DNA of 64,000 nt from Sediminispirochaeta sp. (GTDB lineage: Bacteria > Spirochaetota > Spirochaetia > B11-G9): contig JANTFL010000001.1 in assembly GCA_024763455.1 (NCBI GenBank), positions 26,678-90,677 on the forward strand. The letters run 5' to 3'. The notes beneath the pieces are model-generated. The model searched no databases. It worked only from the letters and a program-made list of their open reading frames with translations, and was not told where the DNA came from. Shown one piece after another: positions 46,191-55,698 of the stretch. Each line of letters begins with the position of its first letter. Position 1 is the stretch's first letter. Position numbers and translations under genes: made by a program.

Positions 46191-48401
46191 CTAATGAAGC
46201 CCCAACTCATCAAAAAGTTTTTTATAAACTGAAAAGTACTCGGAGTTTGCAAACTCTTCTATCTTCTCCTCTGGGAGGGACTCGAGCAGCTGATCCATAT
46301 ACGATAGAACTGAAATAACCTCAGATTGCAGATGAGATGGAATCGGTTCTTCTCCAGGAGCATTGTCTGCTATTTCAGTATCCTCTGTTATTTCTTCAGG
46401 AATTTCGATTTCCTCAGGTGCCTCAACAGAATCAGACAATAAATCATCATCCTGGAGTTCCGGTATCTCGATATCAATAGCAGTACTTTCCATAGGTTCA
46501 GAAGGTTCTTTAGGGGGAAGAATATCAAATTCCTCATCAAGATCATTAAGCTCCGGCAGGTCTTCTACAAACTGTTCTTCACTTACTTCTGGAACTTCTT
46601 CAACACGTGCTGCCTCTTCCGGAATCTCAAGATCGGTAAGGTCGGAATCCAGAGAAAGTTCTTCTTCCTCCGGCATCTCCAGGTCGGTAAGGTCAGAATC
46701 CAGAGAAAGTTCTTCTTCCTCCGGCATCTCCAGGTCGGTAAGGTCGGAATCGAGAGAAAGTTCTTCTTCTGGGATCTCAAGATCAGTAAGGTCGGAATCA
46801 AGAGAAAGTTCTTCTTCCGGGATTTCAAGATTCGGCAGATCTGAATCCAGGGATAACTCAGCCGGTTCTTCCTCTTCCTCGATATCAATAAGTTCCGGAG
46901 TTTCGTCGGCTGCCTCATCAAGTACTTCCAGATCGATCAGATCTTCATCTTCAGCGTCCAAATTTAGTTCCGAAACGTCATCAAGCTCAAGGTTTTCGAG
47001 TTCCAGGTCAGGTTCGTCTGTAAAATCTACATCTTCGGAAACTACAGCTTCCGGTATCTCCTCTGCTTCATCGAGTTCGAGTTCTTCAACTTCCGGAATT
47101 TCTTCTTCCATGGAAAGTTCATCCAGTATATCTGGCTGATCAATTAAATCCAGATCTTCTGCTTTGGTTAGTTCCTCGTCCATGGAAAGTTCTTCAGAAT
47201 CTTCAAGAGATTCAGTTTCTACAGCCAGTTCCTCTGTTATATCAGCCGTATTAAGGATATTATCGAGTTCATCCCCTGTTAGAGCAATAGTTTCGTCATC
47301 ATCCTCATTAAAGAAATCACTCGTCTCCTCAGCTGTTTCATCCGTTTGAGAAGCGGTAACCGGAACTGTTTCAGTTGTTTTTAGAGTAGATAACTCCTCT
47401 TTCATTGTAAGAATTTCATTCTTTATGGTAAGGAGTTCGTTTTCAATCTTTTTTAATACTTCAGAAGCCGATTCAACGGATACTTCAGATGCCGTATAAG
47501 AGGGGATGTCACTTTCAACGATATCCTCCTCCTCACCAGTTGTAAGATCTTCAATGATACTTTCAGTTTCATCGAAGTCAACAGAGAAGTCATCAGGGGC
47601 TCCATCACCGGCTTCTTCATCTTCGGAGATTTCAAGGTCAGGGAGTTCTTCAATAGCAAGTTCTTCAGCTCCAGAGATCTCTTCGGCGTTGCCGGGAAGA
47701 GCAGCCTCTTCTTCTCCTTCTTCGTTAAGGAGGATATCATCATCTTCAAGAAAGCTGTCAACATCAAGGTCTTCAAAATCTTCATCGAGGCCGGAACTGA
47801 GTAGATCATCTTCATCAAGATCAAGATCAAGATCATCAACTGAATCTGTCTCAGGGTTAACGGAACTTATACTCTCAGTTTCACGTTCCGGTTCTGTGAC
47901 AGCCTCGATATCTTCTATATCCTCAAGCTCAAGGTCTTCCAGTTCACTGTCCAGGTCATCAAGATCAGCCAATTCTACATCTTCAAGTTCCAGATCATCC
48001 TCTTCCATAGTCTCCATTTCCGGTTCATCTCCTATGCCAGCAGTTTCAGTCTCTTTGGTATTTTCAGGAGACTCATCAAAAGTCTCTGAAGATTCTATAT
48101 CAAGAGGCATGTCAAAAGATTCGTCTTCTTCAAGATCGAAGTCAAGATCATCCAGTTCGTCAATCTCGTCATCGATTTCTTCTGTAACAAGTTCCTTTTC
48201 AAGTTCTCCCAGAAGATTTTCTTCTTCCTCTGTAATTGCACTCTCAGTAGTATCCTGAATATCATGAAGAGAGAAATCTTCTCCTGTATTTAAAGTGTCT
48301 TCGGTTTCAATCTCTTCCGGACCTGCTTTTACCCATACTCCGTACTGTTCAAGCTCTTTTTCTTTTTTTATGTCATCATTCCCGTTTGACACCATTTCCA
48401 T
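46191..48401 (-). CDS. hyper-acidic low-complexity repeat protein (736 aa, about 40% D+E) with conserved-looking termini
   Basis: N-terminus MEMVSNGNDDIKKEKELEQYGVWVKAGPEE. Five tandem copies of ELSLDSDL(T/P)(D/N)LE(I/M)PEE(E). C-terminus VISVLSYMDQLLESLPEEKIEEFANSEYFSVYKKLFDELGLH. Confidence 0.6.
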   Translation of the reverse strand: MEMVSNGNDDIKKEKELEQYGVWVKAGPEEIETEDTLNTGEDFSLHDIQDTTESAITEEEENLLGELEKELVTEEIDDEIDELDDLDFDLEEDESFDMPLDIESSETFDESPENTKETETAGIGDEPEMETMEEDDLELEDVELADLDDLDSELEDLELEDIEDIEAVTEPERETESISSVNPETDSVDDLDLDLDEDDLLSSGLDEDFEDLDVDSFLEDDDILLNEEGEEEAALPGNAEEISGAEELAIEELPDLEISEDEEAGDGAPDDFSVDFDETESIIEDLTTGEEEDIVESDIPSYTASEVSVESASEVLKKIENELLTIKNEILTMKEELSTLKTTETVPVTASQTDETAEETSDFFNEDDDETIALTGDELDNILNTADITEELAVETESLEDSEELSMDEELTKAEDLDLIDQPDILDELSMEEEIPEVEELELDEAEEIPEAVVSEDVDFTDEPDLELENLELDDVSELNLDAEDEDLIDLEVLDEAADETPELIDIEEEEEPAELSLDSDLPNLEIPEEELSLDSDLTDLEIPEEELSLDSDLTDLEMPEEEELSLDSDLTDLEMPEEEELSLDSDLTDLEIPEEAARVEEVPEVSEEQFVEDLPELNDLDEEFDILPPKEPSEPMESTAIDIEIPELQDDDLLSDSVEAPEEIEIPEEITEDTEIADNAPGEEPIPSHLQSEVISVLSYMDQLLESLPEEKIEEFANSEYFSVYKKLFDELGLH
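46612..46865. repeat. five tandem 51/54-bp repeats (unit approx. GGTAAGGTCGGAATCCAGAGAAAGTTCTTCTTCCTCCGGCATCTCCAGGTC) inside the acidic protein gene
   Basis: Direct near-identical repeats visible in the sequence at 46621-46860. They encode the 17-18 aa acidic peptide repeat. Confidence 0.8.
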
Positions 48402-48593
48402 CTCCTGATATTTAGTTCACTTTTACAAATATCGGCAAATAAATTTAAAGTATGACTTATTTATCAGTTTCAATACTATTAATTACAAGTTATCAGAATT
48501 ATAGAGAAATAACAATCAAAATCTAAAAAATATTGAGCCCTTTTCTCTTTCCCGGCTCAAGATTAAGACCTGAATTTCCGTAAAAAAGAACAT

Positions 48594-49067
48594 ATGAAGC
48601 TCATTCACCGTTTACTGATAAGTTTATACACCGCATTTATAGTATTTACCTGGTTATCCTTCTTTGTGGGTCCAAATGGACTGGCAGAAAGCCGCCAGCT
48701 GGAACAATACAAGGAGAAGCTTGTAAAAGGGAATCTCGAAATGGAGAAGATAAACCAGAAGCTTGACAATGAATTTAGAAGACTTGAAAGTGACCCTGAT
48801 AGAATTGCCCTGGAAGCAAGAAGCCTTGGATACTATCGTGATAATGAGGGGATATTCCTTTTGGAAGGATATCATGTAAACCGTAAGGGCTATTCGGTAG
48901 GATCACTTTTCAGAGAATATTCGGGTAAAACTTCAAGTATAGCGGCAATCAGGCTGACAGCAGTATCGCTGGGTGTTGTTGTGTTCTTTTTTCTGACCAT
49001 ATTTTCGAGGAACAAAAATGATTATACTATCCGCAGAAGACGATATTCGGAAGCACGTTATAATTAA
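48594..49067 (+). CDS. septum formation initiator family protein (FtsB/DivIC-like)
   Basis: N-terminal TM. Coiled coil LEQYKEKLVKGNLEMEKINQKLDNEFRRLESDPDRIALEARSLGYYRDNE is typical of FtsB. Confidence 0.6.
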   Translation: MKLIHRLLISLYTAFIVFTWLSFFVGPNGLAESRQLEQYKEKLVKGNLEMEKINQKLDNEFRRLESDPDRIALEARSLGYYRDNEGIFLLEGYHVNRKGYSVGSLFREYSGKTSSIAAIRLTAVSLGVVVFFFLTIFSRNKNDYTIRRRRYSEARYN

Positions 49068-49584
49068 AACACTGAAAGAAAACGGAATTGTTATTATGCC
49101 CTGCGATACCATATACGGTTTTGTTGGTGCTGTCCCTGATACGGGAGAAAAAATCGCATCAATCAAGGGGAGGGAAGAGGGGAAAAAGTTTCTTCAGCTT
49201 ATTCTTCCATCATGGCTCGGCAACTTTACCGATATGAAAATAGAAGAGGAGCTTCTTAAGGTGAGTCCCGGCTGTATTACCTTTATTATTAAAAACCGGA
49301 CAGGAGATACTACAGCAGTCAGGTTCCCTGAAGATCCCTTCCTTGCTGATATTATTGATGGTGTTGGCAGACCGTTGTACTCAACCAGTGTAAACAGGAG
49401 CGGAGCACAGATCCTGTTCCGCCCCGTTGAAATGATTGAGGAATTCGGCAACGAAATAGATGTTCTGCTTGATGCCGGTGAAATTCCCGGTAAAAAACCA
49501 TCCACCATACTCGATGTTACTGCGAGACCTTACAGAATACTAAGACAGGGTGCAGGTGCTGTTCCGGAAAAGTACCTTACCTGA
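49018..49584 (+). CDS. tsaC: L-threonylcarbamoyladenylate synthase TsaC/YrdC
   Basis: YrdC domain: IVIMPCDTIYGFVG...ITFIIKNRTGD...STSVNRSGAQ. Confidence 0.75.
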   Translation: MIILSAEDDIRKHVIIKTLKENGIVIMPCDTIYGFVGAVPDTGEKIASIKGREEGKKFLQLILPSWLGNFTDMKIEEELLKVSPGCITFIIKNRTGDTTAVRFPEDPFLADIIDGVGRPLYSTSVNRSGAQILFRPVEMIEEFGNEIDVLLDAGEIPGKKPSTILDVTARPYRILRQGAGAVPEKYLT

Positions 49585-50917
49585 CTATTTTTCGGCACTC
49601 GATATAGTATCTTTTCTCATCTGCCTCCCCCATGGAGAATGTTTTCCTTGGAAATGTTTTATCTTTGACTATTGTCTGAAAGAACGAGTGCTTATCGATA
49701 GCCGGAAGAAAGATTCCAATAGTACCTTTCTTCCGTCCCAGTTTCTCTGTTTCTTCTTTGCCGTGAATGTAGTCAACAGATGCATCTTTATTCTCTGCAA
49801 GAATCGAATCTATGACCCTTTGTATTGAACCTGCAGTAATTGTAGCAGCAGGAGCTTCGATATCAATGGTTCCCAGAACAGATTCGTCACAGTATCCTAT
49901 TCTCTGGTGTGGTTTTTGATTCTCAAGAGAAGCCATAACCTCTTGTAAAGATGATTTTTCACTGATCCTGCAGGAGCTGTATTTTTTTAGTTCTTTAAAG
50001 AAGGTTTCTCTGGAACAGTTAAAAACAACTCTGTGAATCGGTTCGAAAACAATCCCCTCGTCGTGAATGTTCTCAAGCTCAACCAAAGCCCATCTGGCTG
50101 GATGATTCATAAGATCAGGATCAGATGAGTTGTTTTTTTTGATCTCTTCCCAGACTGATTTCGCAGTGGCAAGTGAGTGGTTCCCGTCGCCCATTGCGTA
50201 TAGCAGCAGATCAGAGGAGCCGTATTTGTTTTTAAAGGTATCAATATCCGCAAGTTTTTCAAGTGCGGCTGCAATAGATGAAACAGTTTCTGGGTCATCA
50301 ATCCTATATCCCTCGATATGCCCGCCATTTTTCATCAGATCAAAGTTGTATATCTCCTGAAGTTCAGATGTTTTTGCAGCTAAGGGTTCGATAACGGTTT
50401 TATCCGGATCATCGATAAGAACGAGAATATGAGGCAGCTCCAGTGATGCATCGATCCTGATTTTTTTTCTCGGGGGTATTCTCTCTTCGATTGTTCCTTC
50501 AGTCGCTCTGATCAGGCTTTTAGAGTCTTTTGAATAGTCATACTTTTCAAGATCAAGAGCGGCAACCAGCCCCCATCTATAGGATCCCTCTTTCCCGTTT
50601 TGTCTTTTTACAAGATAGAAAGCAGGGTCATATCTTTTTAAGATTCCATTTTTAAGGTAGTTTTCCATTGTTGTATTGATCTGTTTAATCCTGCGTTCGG
50701 GATTATCCTCTCCAAGATAACATTCTGGGTATATCAAGTTCAGGGTTGAAGGAGAATCCCCGACTGTTTTTTGTACATCTTCCCAATAGCCGGTATCTGA
50801 AGTGTATTGATCACAGGCTACAACCGCCCATTCTTTCATCTTTCCGGTATCTGCAGGTAGGTACACCTCTGGCATTCTGATACCTAATTTAGCAAGTCTT
50901 TTTTCTAAATTGGTCAT
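49577..50917 (-). CDS. DUF1015 domain-containing protein
   Basis: Length ~446 aa. The N-terminal pattern GIRMPEVYLP...WAVVACDQY is consistent with the DUF1015 family. Confidence 0.5.
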   Translation of the reverse strand: MTNLEKRLAKLGIRMPEVYLPADTGKMKEWAVVACDQYTSDTGYWEDVQKTVGDSPSTLNLIYPECYLGEDNPERRIKQINTTMENYLKNGILKRYDPAFYLVKRQNGKEGSYRWGLVAALDLEKYDYSKDSKSLIRATEGTIEERIPPRKKIRIDASLELPHILVLIDDPDKTVIEPLAAKTSELQEIYNFDLMKNGGHIEGYRIDDPETVSSIAAALEKLADIDTFKNKYGSSDLLLYAMGDGNHSLATAKSVWEEIKKNNSSDPDLMNHPARWALVELENIHDEGIVFEPIHRVVFNCSRETFFKELKKYSSCRISEKSSLQEVMASLENQKPHQRIGYCDESVLGTIDIEAPAATITAGSIQRVIDSILAENKDASVDYIHGKEETEKLGRKKGTIGIFLPAIDKHSFFQTIVKDKTFPRKTFSMGEADEKRYYIECRKIVR

Positions 50918-50970
50918 AAATTACCCCCTTAAGTGTCGAATAATATTAGGAAAATAAATAAAATACAAGT

Positions 50971-51993
50971 ATGCATGGTATTTATCTTGATTGTCAGGAC
51001 GCACCCTACAAAACAAACCTGTTGTTCAAGTTCCTTGAAGGAATGAGCTCTGCCGGATTCCGGTATTTGTTTTTTAATCCCGGAAGATTCTTCCCCTGGT
51101 CGGAGGATTTCCATTTCTCTTCCTTCTATACTTATCCGGAAGAATTTATGCAGAAATTCGCAGAGAAGGCAGCACAAAAAGGGATCGTTTTAATCCCTGT
51201 CCTTGATGCTGGAAGCGGAAGCGGTTTTATTGTGGAAAAATTGTTTTACAGATTCATGGCGCCGGAATATCCTGAAAAGGCAGCAATAGATCCCGACACC
51301 GCAGGAACTGTGCTCTTTTTTGAAGAATTAATGGAAGACCTTTTTTCAGTTATTCCGGAAGCCGGGTATCTTCTTGTCCTCACAAGCAGGAGCCTCCCCG
51401 CAGAATCAGAGATCCGGTTTCTTTCCCGGATCATAAAAACTGCTGAAGCACTTGGTAAAAAAATTATATTCACTGAGGGGGGAGGCGGGTGTCTCAACGA
51501 TATTCCGGGGGCTGCAGGGTCTCTGTGTGAGGGGATACAAGAACCTGGCAGAAGTATTCTGAAGTTAGAGAATAGTGAGATAATTATCCGGAGGATACCT
51601 GGGGTAGATCCGTTTACACCTTTCAGTGGCTGGAAATCTCTCTGGGATAAAAGTTCAGAAAGGGAATTTGTAACAGACCGGGAACTGCTGGAATCATTCA
51701 TAAACAATAAAAAGAACTGTTGGGAACTATACAGTACATTGGAAGCTGAAATTTCACTTCTTATCTACGGTAGTGCACGGGGGTCTGTACTAAAAGCTTT
51801 TGACATATACCGGAGGCTTGAAGAATGCTATGGTAAAACTTCAGCTATTCGAAATAGGATTGAATCAGTGTTCTCATCAAGTTTTGAAGGACAATACGTT
51901 GAAAACCTGTGTCTTTCCATTATGGAACCACTTGAGAGTATTGCAAACAGAGCCAAGGAAAAAATCAGAATTCTGGAAAGAAGGAGCTTATGA
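50971..51993 (+). CDS. hypothetical protein (340 aa)
   Basis: ORF translationally coupled (ATGA) to the thiamine pyrophosphokinase gene. No recognisable motif. Confidence 0.45.
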   Translation: MHGIYLDCQDAPYKTNLLFKFLEGMSSAGFRYLFFNPGRFFPWSEDFHFSSFYTYPEEFMQKFAEKAAQKGIVLIPVLDAGSGSGFIVEKLFYRFMAPEYPEKAAIDPDTAGTVLFFEELMEDLFSVIPEAGYLLVLTSRSLPAESEIRFLSRIIKTAEALGKKIIFTEGGGGCLNDIPGAAGSLCEGIQEPGRSILKLENSEIIIRRIPGVDPFTPFSGWKSLWDKSSEREFVTDRELLESFINNKKNCWELYSTLEAEISLLIYGSARGSVLKAFDIYRRLEECYGKTSAIRNRIESVFSSSFEGQYVENLCLSIMEPLESIANRAKEKIRILERRSL

Positions 51994-52622
51994 CGGGGAT
52001 AATCTTTACAGGAGGGGAAGGTCCGGAAAAGAGATTTATTGAAAACGAGATAAAGGCAGGAGACTACATAATAGCAGCCGATTCCGGACTGGATAGAGCC
52101 CTTTTATGCGGATATTCACCGGATCTTGTCGTAGGGGATCTGGATTCTGTAAAAAACAAAACTTTTTTAGATGACATTCCTGCTGACTGTGTTAAGATAT
52201 TCCCTGAAGATAAAGATGAAACGGATACAGAAATCGCCTTGAGAATTATGAAAGAGATAAAGGTTGATCGGGTAATCCTCGCAGGCGGGGGAGGGGGACG
52301 TCTCGACCATCTTCTGGGCATTGTATCCATCTTCGACCGTTCATATTATCCTGATGTTTGGTATACCGCAATGGAGAAGATTGTACCTGTCAGCAGCAGG
52401 GATGAGTTTTACGGAATGCTGGGTAAAACGGTTTCACTGTTTCCCGCCGGTAAGGAACCCTGCAGGATAAAAAGCACCGGTTTGAAGTGGAATCTTGATA
52501 CAGTGCAATGGAGTAAAGGTGATGCAGGGATCAGTAACATTGTTGTTGAAGATCCTTTTACAATAACCATGGTAACCGGAAAAGTACTGCTGATAAGTTT
52601 TTTGAAGGAGTTTGGCGAATGA
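51990..52622 (+). CDS. thiN: thiamine pyrophosphokinase
   Basis: IIFTGGEG, AADSGLD, VVGDLDS, ILAGGGGGRLDHLLG. Confidence 0.8.
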   Translation: MTGIIFTGGEGPEKRFIENEIKAGDYIIAADSGLDRALLCGYSPDLVVGDLDSVKNKTFLDDIPADCVKIFPEDKDETDTEIALRIMKEIKVDRVILAGGGGGRLDHLLGIVSIFDRSYYPDVWYTAMEKIVPVSSRDEFYGMLGKTVSLFPAGKEPCRIKSTGLKWNLDTVQWSKGDAGISNIVVEDPFTITMVTGKVLLISFLKEFGE

Positions 52623-54367
52623 CGAAAAAAGATGTGGTATTCCACGATCTTTCAAAGGGGCTTACGCAAAATGAAAGGGATGAATTTCTTAAAAAAATAA
52701 AATACAGTCTCAGTTTAGATAATGAAGAAAGTGGGCTTCATCAGGAGGAAATGGACAAGGATGAACGGCTTGCTCTGATTAAAAAAGAGAAGAATGAAAT
52801 ATCCATGTTATGGAGGTTTTTTCTCTGGATACAGTCAAAATTTACCGGGAAGAGTGTTGAAGAGCTGCTCCTTGCTGGAAAACTCCTTCGAATAAAAAAG
52901 AAAATAAAGAAAAAGCACTCCGGGCTTACAGGGTTTGAGACCAGAAATCTTACTCCTCATTTTGCAGAAATGGTGTACGATCTCTATAAATCCACGGTAC
53001 CGGTAAGGACCCTTTTTAAAAGGATTTGGCTGGACGAAAAAGCTCTTAATACATTTTTTATGGATATAGTAGAGGAAGCGGTCGGGGAAAGAATTCTCGA
53101 TCTTGAGGATGTAGCAAGTTTTGATTCCATAATTGGTGCTTTCGGAGAAGCGGGAAAAAAAGATGATGTTAAGAGACTGATCATAGAAAAACTTGATGCT
53201 TACCTTGAATCGCTTAACAGTAATATCTTTAAACAGCTGGAAATCGATCTGCTTCCCATATACAGGCTGAGAGATCTTGTTCTATTCCCCTATGTTCAGT
53301 TTTTTCAGCAATTTGGCTATACCCTCCTTGATACTCCCTATACGGAAAATCCCCAATTTAAAAATGCCTCCGCCATACTCTGTCTGAATGATCTCGAAAA
53401 ACTGAATTTTGCTGTGTATTCTGCTACAAAACTGGAAAGAAGAGTCAATTTTAACTCCAGAATGCTGGACCGCCTTGGAGTTGTCGCGGGGAATGAACCT
53501 GATGAAAATGTTGAGCATTTTTCTTCTGATATGGAATTAGTCATTCAAAAAGCAAAATGGTTTTCTGATAAGATTCCTCTTTCTGATCTCATACGGTACT
53601 TTAAGAAGAATCCTTTTATAAAAATGATCTTTTATATTCCTGAAGTTAATCTAAGAACCTTTTACAGGACCAGCTTGACTGTAAGGATGATAACCCGGAT
53701 TGATGAACGACTTGCAGAAATACAGGAAAAGTATATCGCCCATGAAATAGAGTCGCTTTTTGCCGGAAAGCATTATGTGAAATTTCAAAACTACCGGGAA
53801 TATTCATCAATAGATTACGAGAAACTTGGAGTTTCCTCCTTCAGGAATATGGAGCCATTGTCCCTGATATATAACTTTATCGAGTGCTACTACAGAGGTA
53901 ATGTAATACAATCGATAGTCAGGGTCCTTGAAAAAGGTGTACTGGCGCAGAACAGACTTATGAGGGATAATATGCTGCAGTACGCTTCTGTTATCGAAGA
54001 TGTAGCAGAAAGGATTCGGGTTTTTGATGATTCCCTTTCCCCTGATTCTGAGGAAGGTAAGGTTTTTCACAAACTCAGATTTTCCATGACCAAGGATATT
54101 TCTCAGCAAAAGGTTTTTAGAAAAATTGTTATCCAAAAAGACCGGGAAGCAAGAAATTTATGCGAAGCAGGTATGGATGCTCTGACAGGGTTAAAAAGAG
54201 TGTTGGGTGAGATAAACCGGAGTACGAATGATGCCGTTACCGAGCAGTTAAAACAACACTATCTTATTAACAACAAACCTGTTGTGCTGCAGGATCTGCT
54301 CACTGGTTCTCTGGAGAATCTGAATAAGGTTGAACACCTCTATCATCACATGCTTACAACCGTATAG
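52619..54367 (+). CDS. hypothetical protein (582 aa), coupled to thiN (ATGA)
   Basis: Long ORF with no recognisable domain. Cytoplasmic-looking. Confidence 0.5.
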   Translation: MTKKDVVFHDLSKGLTQNERDEFLKKIKYSLSLDNEESGLHQEEMDKDERLALIKKEKNEISMLWRFFLWIQSKFTGKSVEELLLAGKLLRIKKKIKKKHSGLTGFETRNLTPHFAEMVYDLYKSTVPVRTLFKRIWLDEKALNTFFMDIVEEAVGERILDLEDVASFDSIIGAFGEAGKKDDVKRLIIEKLDAYLESLNSNIFKQLEIDLLPIYRLRDLVLFPYVQFFQQFGYTLLDTPYTENPQFKNASAILCLNDLEKLNFAVYSATKLERRVNFNSRMLDRLGVVAGNEPDENVEHFSSDMELVIQKAKWFSDKIPLSDLIRYFKKNPFIKMIFYIPEVNLRTFYRTSLTVRMITRIDERLAEIQEKYIAHEIESLFAGKHYVKFQNYREYSSIDYEKLGVSSFRNMEPLSLIYNFIECYYRGNVIQSIVRVLEKGVLAQNRLMRDNMLQYASVIEDVAERIRVFDDSLSPDSEEGKVFHKLRFSMTKDISQQKVFRKIVIQKDREARNLCEAGMDALTGLKRVLGEINRSTNDAVTEQLKQHYLINNKPVVLQDLLTGSLENLNKVEHLYHHMLTTV

Positions 54368-54848
54368 GTGACTTTTCAAGGGCTTTTTTAATCCTTTTAC
54401 AGGTAACCCGGGGATCTTCAACAAGTACTTTTTTACCAGCGATAAGATCAGAGATGCCTATCTCCCGTGGATAACGGGGAATAATATGTCGATGAAGATG
54501 GTTTATGGAAGCCCCTGCGACTGGACCCATATTATACCCCAGGTTATAAGCTGAAGGTTTGTGTGTTTTGTCAATAATATTCAGCAGACTTTTAGTAATA
54601 ACGATCATCTGTCTTTCTTCTTCTTCGGTAAAATCTCTTATGTCGGTTATGTGCCGACGGGGAAATATAATCAAATGCCCAGGGTTGTATGGATAGAGAT
54701 TGACGGATACGATAAAAAGTTCGTTCTCCCAAACCTTAAGTTTTTTAACCGCTGATGAATTTTCAGCAATCATGCATAGAATACAGCCATCAGGCTTCTC
54801 CCCTGTAAGATACTCCATCTTGCTGAAGCTGAAAAAATAGTTACTCAT
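54354..54848 (-). CDS. HIT-family (histidine triad) hydrolase; the ORF is open to 54926
   Basis: HIT motif INHLHRHIIP. NLYPYNPGHLIIFPRRH. Confidence 0.7.
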   Translation of the reverse strand: MSNYFFSFSKMEYLTGEKPDGCILCMIAENSSAVKKLKVWENELFIVSVNLYPYNPGHLIIFPRRHITDIRDFTEEEERQMIVITKSLLNIIDKTHKPSAYNLGYNMGPVAGASINHLHRHIIPRYPREIGISDLIAGKKVLVEDPRVTCKRIKKALEKSPIRL

Positions 54849-55698
54849 TTTTTTCCTCTCCGGGAAGTGAAATTGAGGGAATAACATTGCTGCGCAGGGA
54901 GCTGTCGGTTGAAAGTACTTGAACAAGTTCAGGATATTTTTTTAAAAGATCGCCATATTTCTTTAAAAGCTCAATCTTTGAAGCTTCTCGTATTTCATCC
55001 TCCGCTGCTCTCTGTTTTGCTTCTGCGTCTATGGCTGTCCGGGAACTCAAGTAGTTAAAATAATTTTCTTTTGCCTTCCTGTACAGTGCAATATCTGGGA
55101 ATTCAATGCTTGTTATGGTAAGATTTATTAAAGAGATATACGGGATAGTTTCTTTCAGCGCATCGCTTGCTGCATTGGTAAAATCAATGGAAAGCAGGTC
55201 TTTATAATCACTTTTTGACGTTTCATCAAGTTTATTAAAAACAGCTGTTTGAATCAGGTTGGTAAGTTTGTCTTTAGTGTCTCCGTAAAACTGCTCCATG
55301 GATCCGGGGTCAATGAGATTTTTCTGCAACAGTCCGGGAAGTGATTCCTCTTTCAGCAGGTATGAAACAGAAAATGAGAGGGAGTAGGAAAAATCCGGTT
55401 CACCGGTCATAAATTTACCGTACACTCTCCCCGACGGAAGTATCCCGTTTTTAGAAAACGAAAATGAACGGGGGAGAATTTTTACTTTGATGAGCTTTAA
55501 ATTTCCGGGAATGATTTTTTGTAAACTCCAGGAAAAAGCTCCCGGCTTGTATACCCGCTCTCCGTATCCTGCTGATTTGGTAAAGGCTACAGCGTAAGTA
55601 TTTTCATCAAGATGAATCTGGATCCATCCCAGATAAAATATCACTGCTGCCATAAGGAGTAATATAATCAGTACAAATATATTTCTAATTTTTTTCAT
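54841..55698 (-). CDS. membrane-anchored protein, tentatively SPFH/band-7-like
   Basis: N-terminal TM IFVLIILLLMAAVIFYLGW. The following beta-rich region and the C-terminal AEAKQRAAEDEIREAS helix resemble HflC-type proteins. The similarity is weak. Confidence 0.35.
   Translation of the reverse strand: MKKIRNIFVLIILLLMAAVIFYLGWIQIHLDENTYAVAFTKSAGYGERVYKPGAFSWSLQKIIPGNLKLIKVKILPRSFSFSKNGILPSGRVYGKFMTGEPDFSYSLSFSVSYLLKEESLPGLLQKNLIDPGSMEQFYGDTKDKLTNLIQTAVFNKLDETSKSDYKDLLSIDFTNAASDALKETIPYISLINLTITSIEFPDIALYRKAKENYFNYLSSRTAIDAEAKQRAAEDEIREASKIELLKKYGDLLKKYPELVQVLSTDSSLRSNVIPSISLPGEEKNE

Noticed and set aside
46363-48258. Two long Ser-rich plus-strand ORFs (46363-47139, 47506-48258)
   Set aside because: They are mirror images of the GA-rich acidic-protein gene on the minus strand (TTC/TCx codons). 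They have no independent start context and are pure low complexity.
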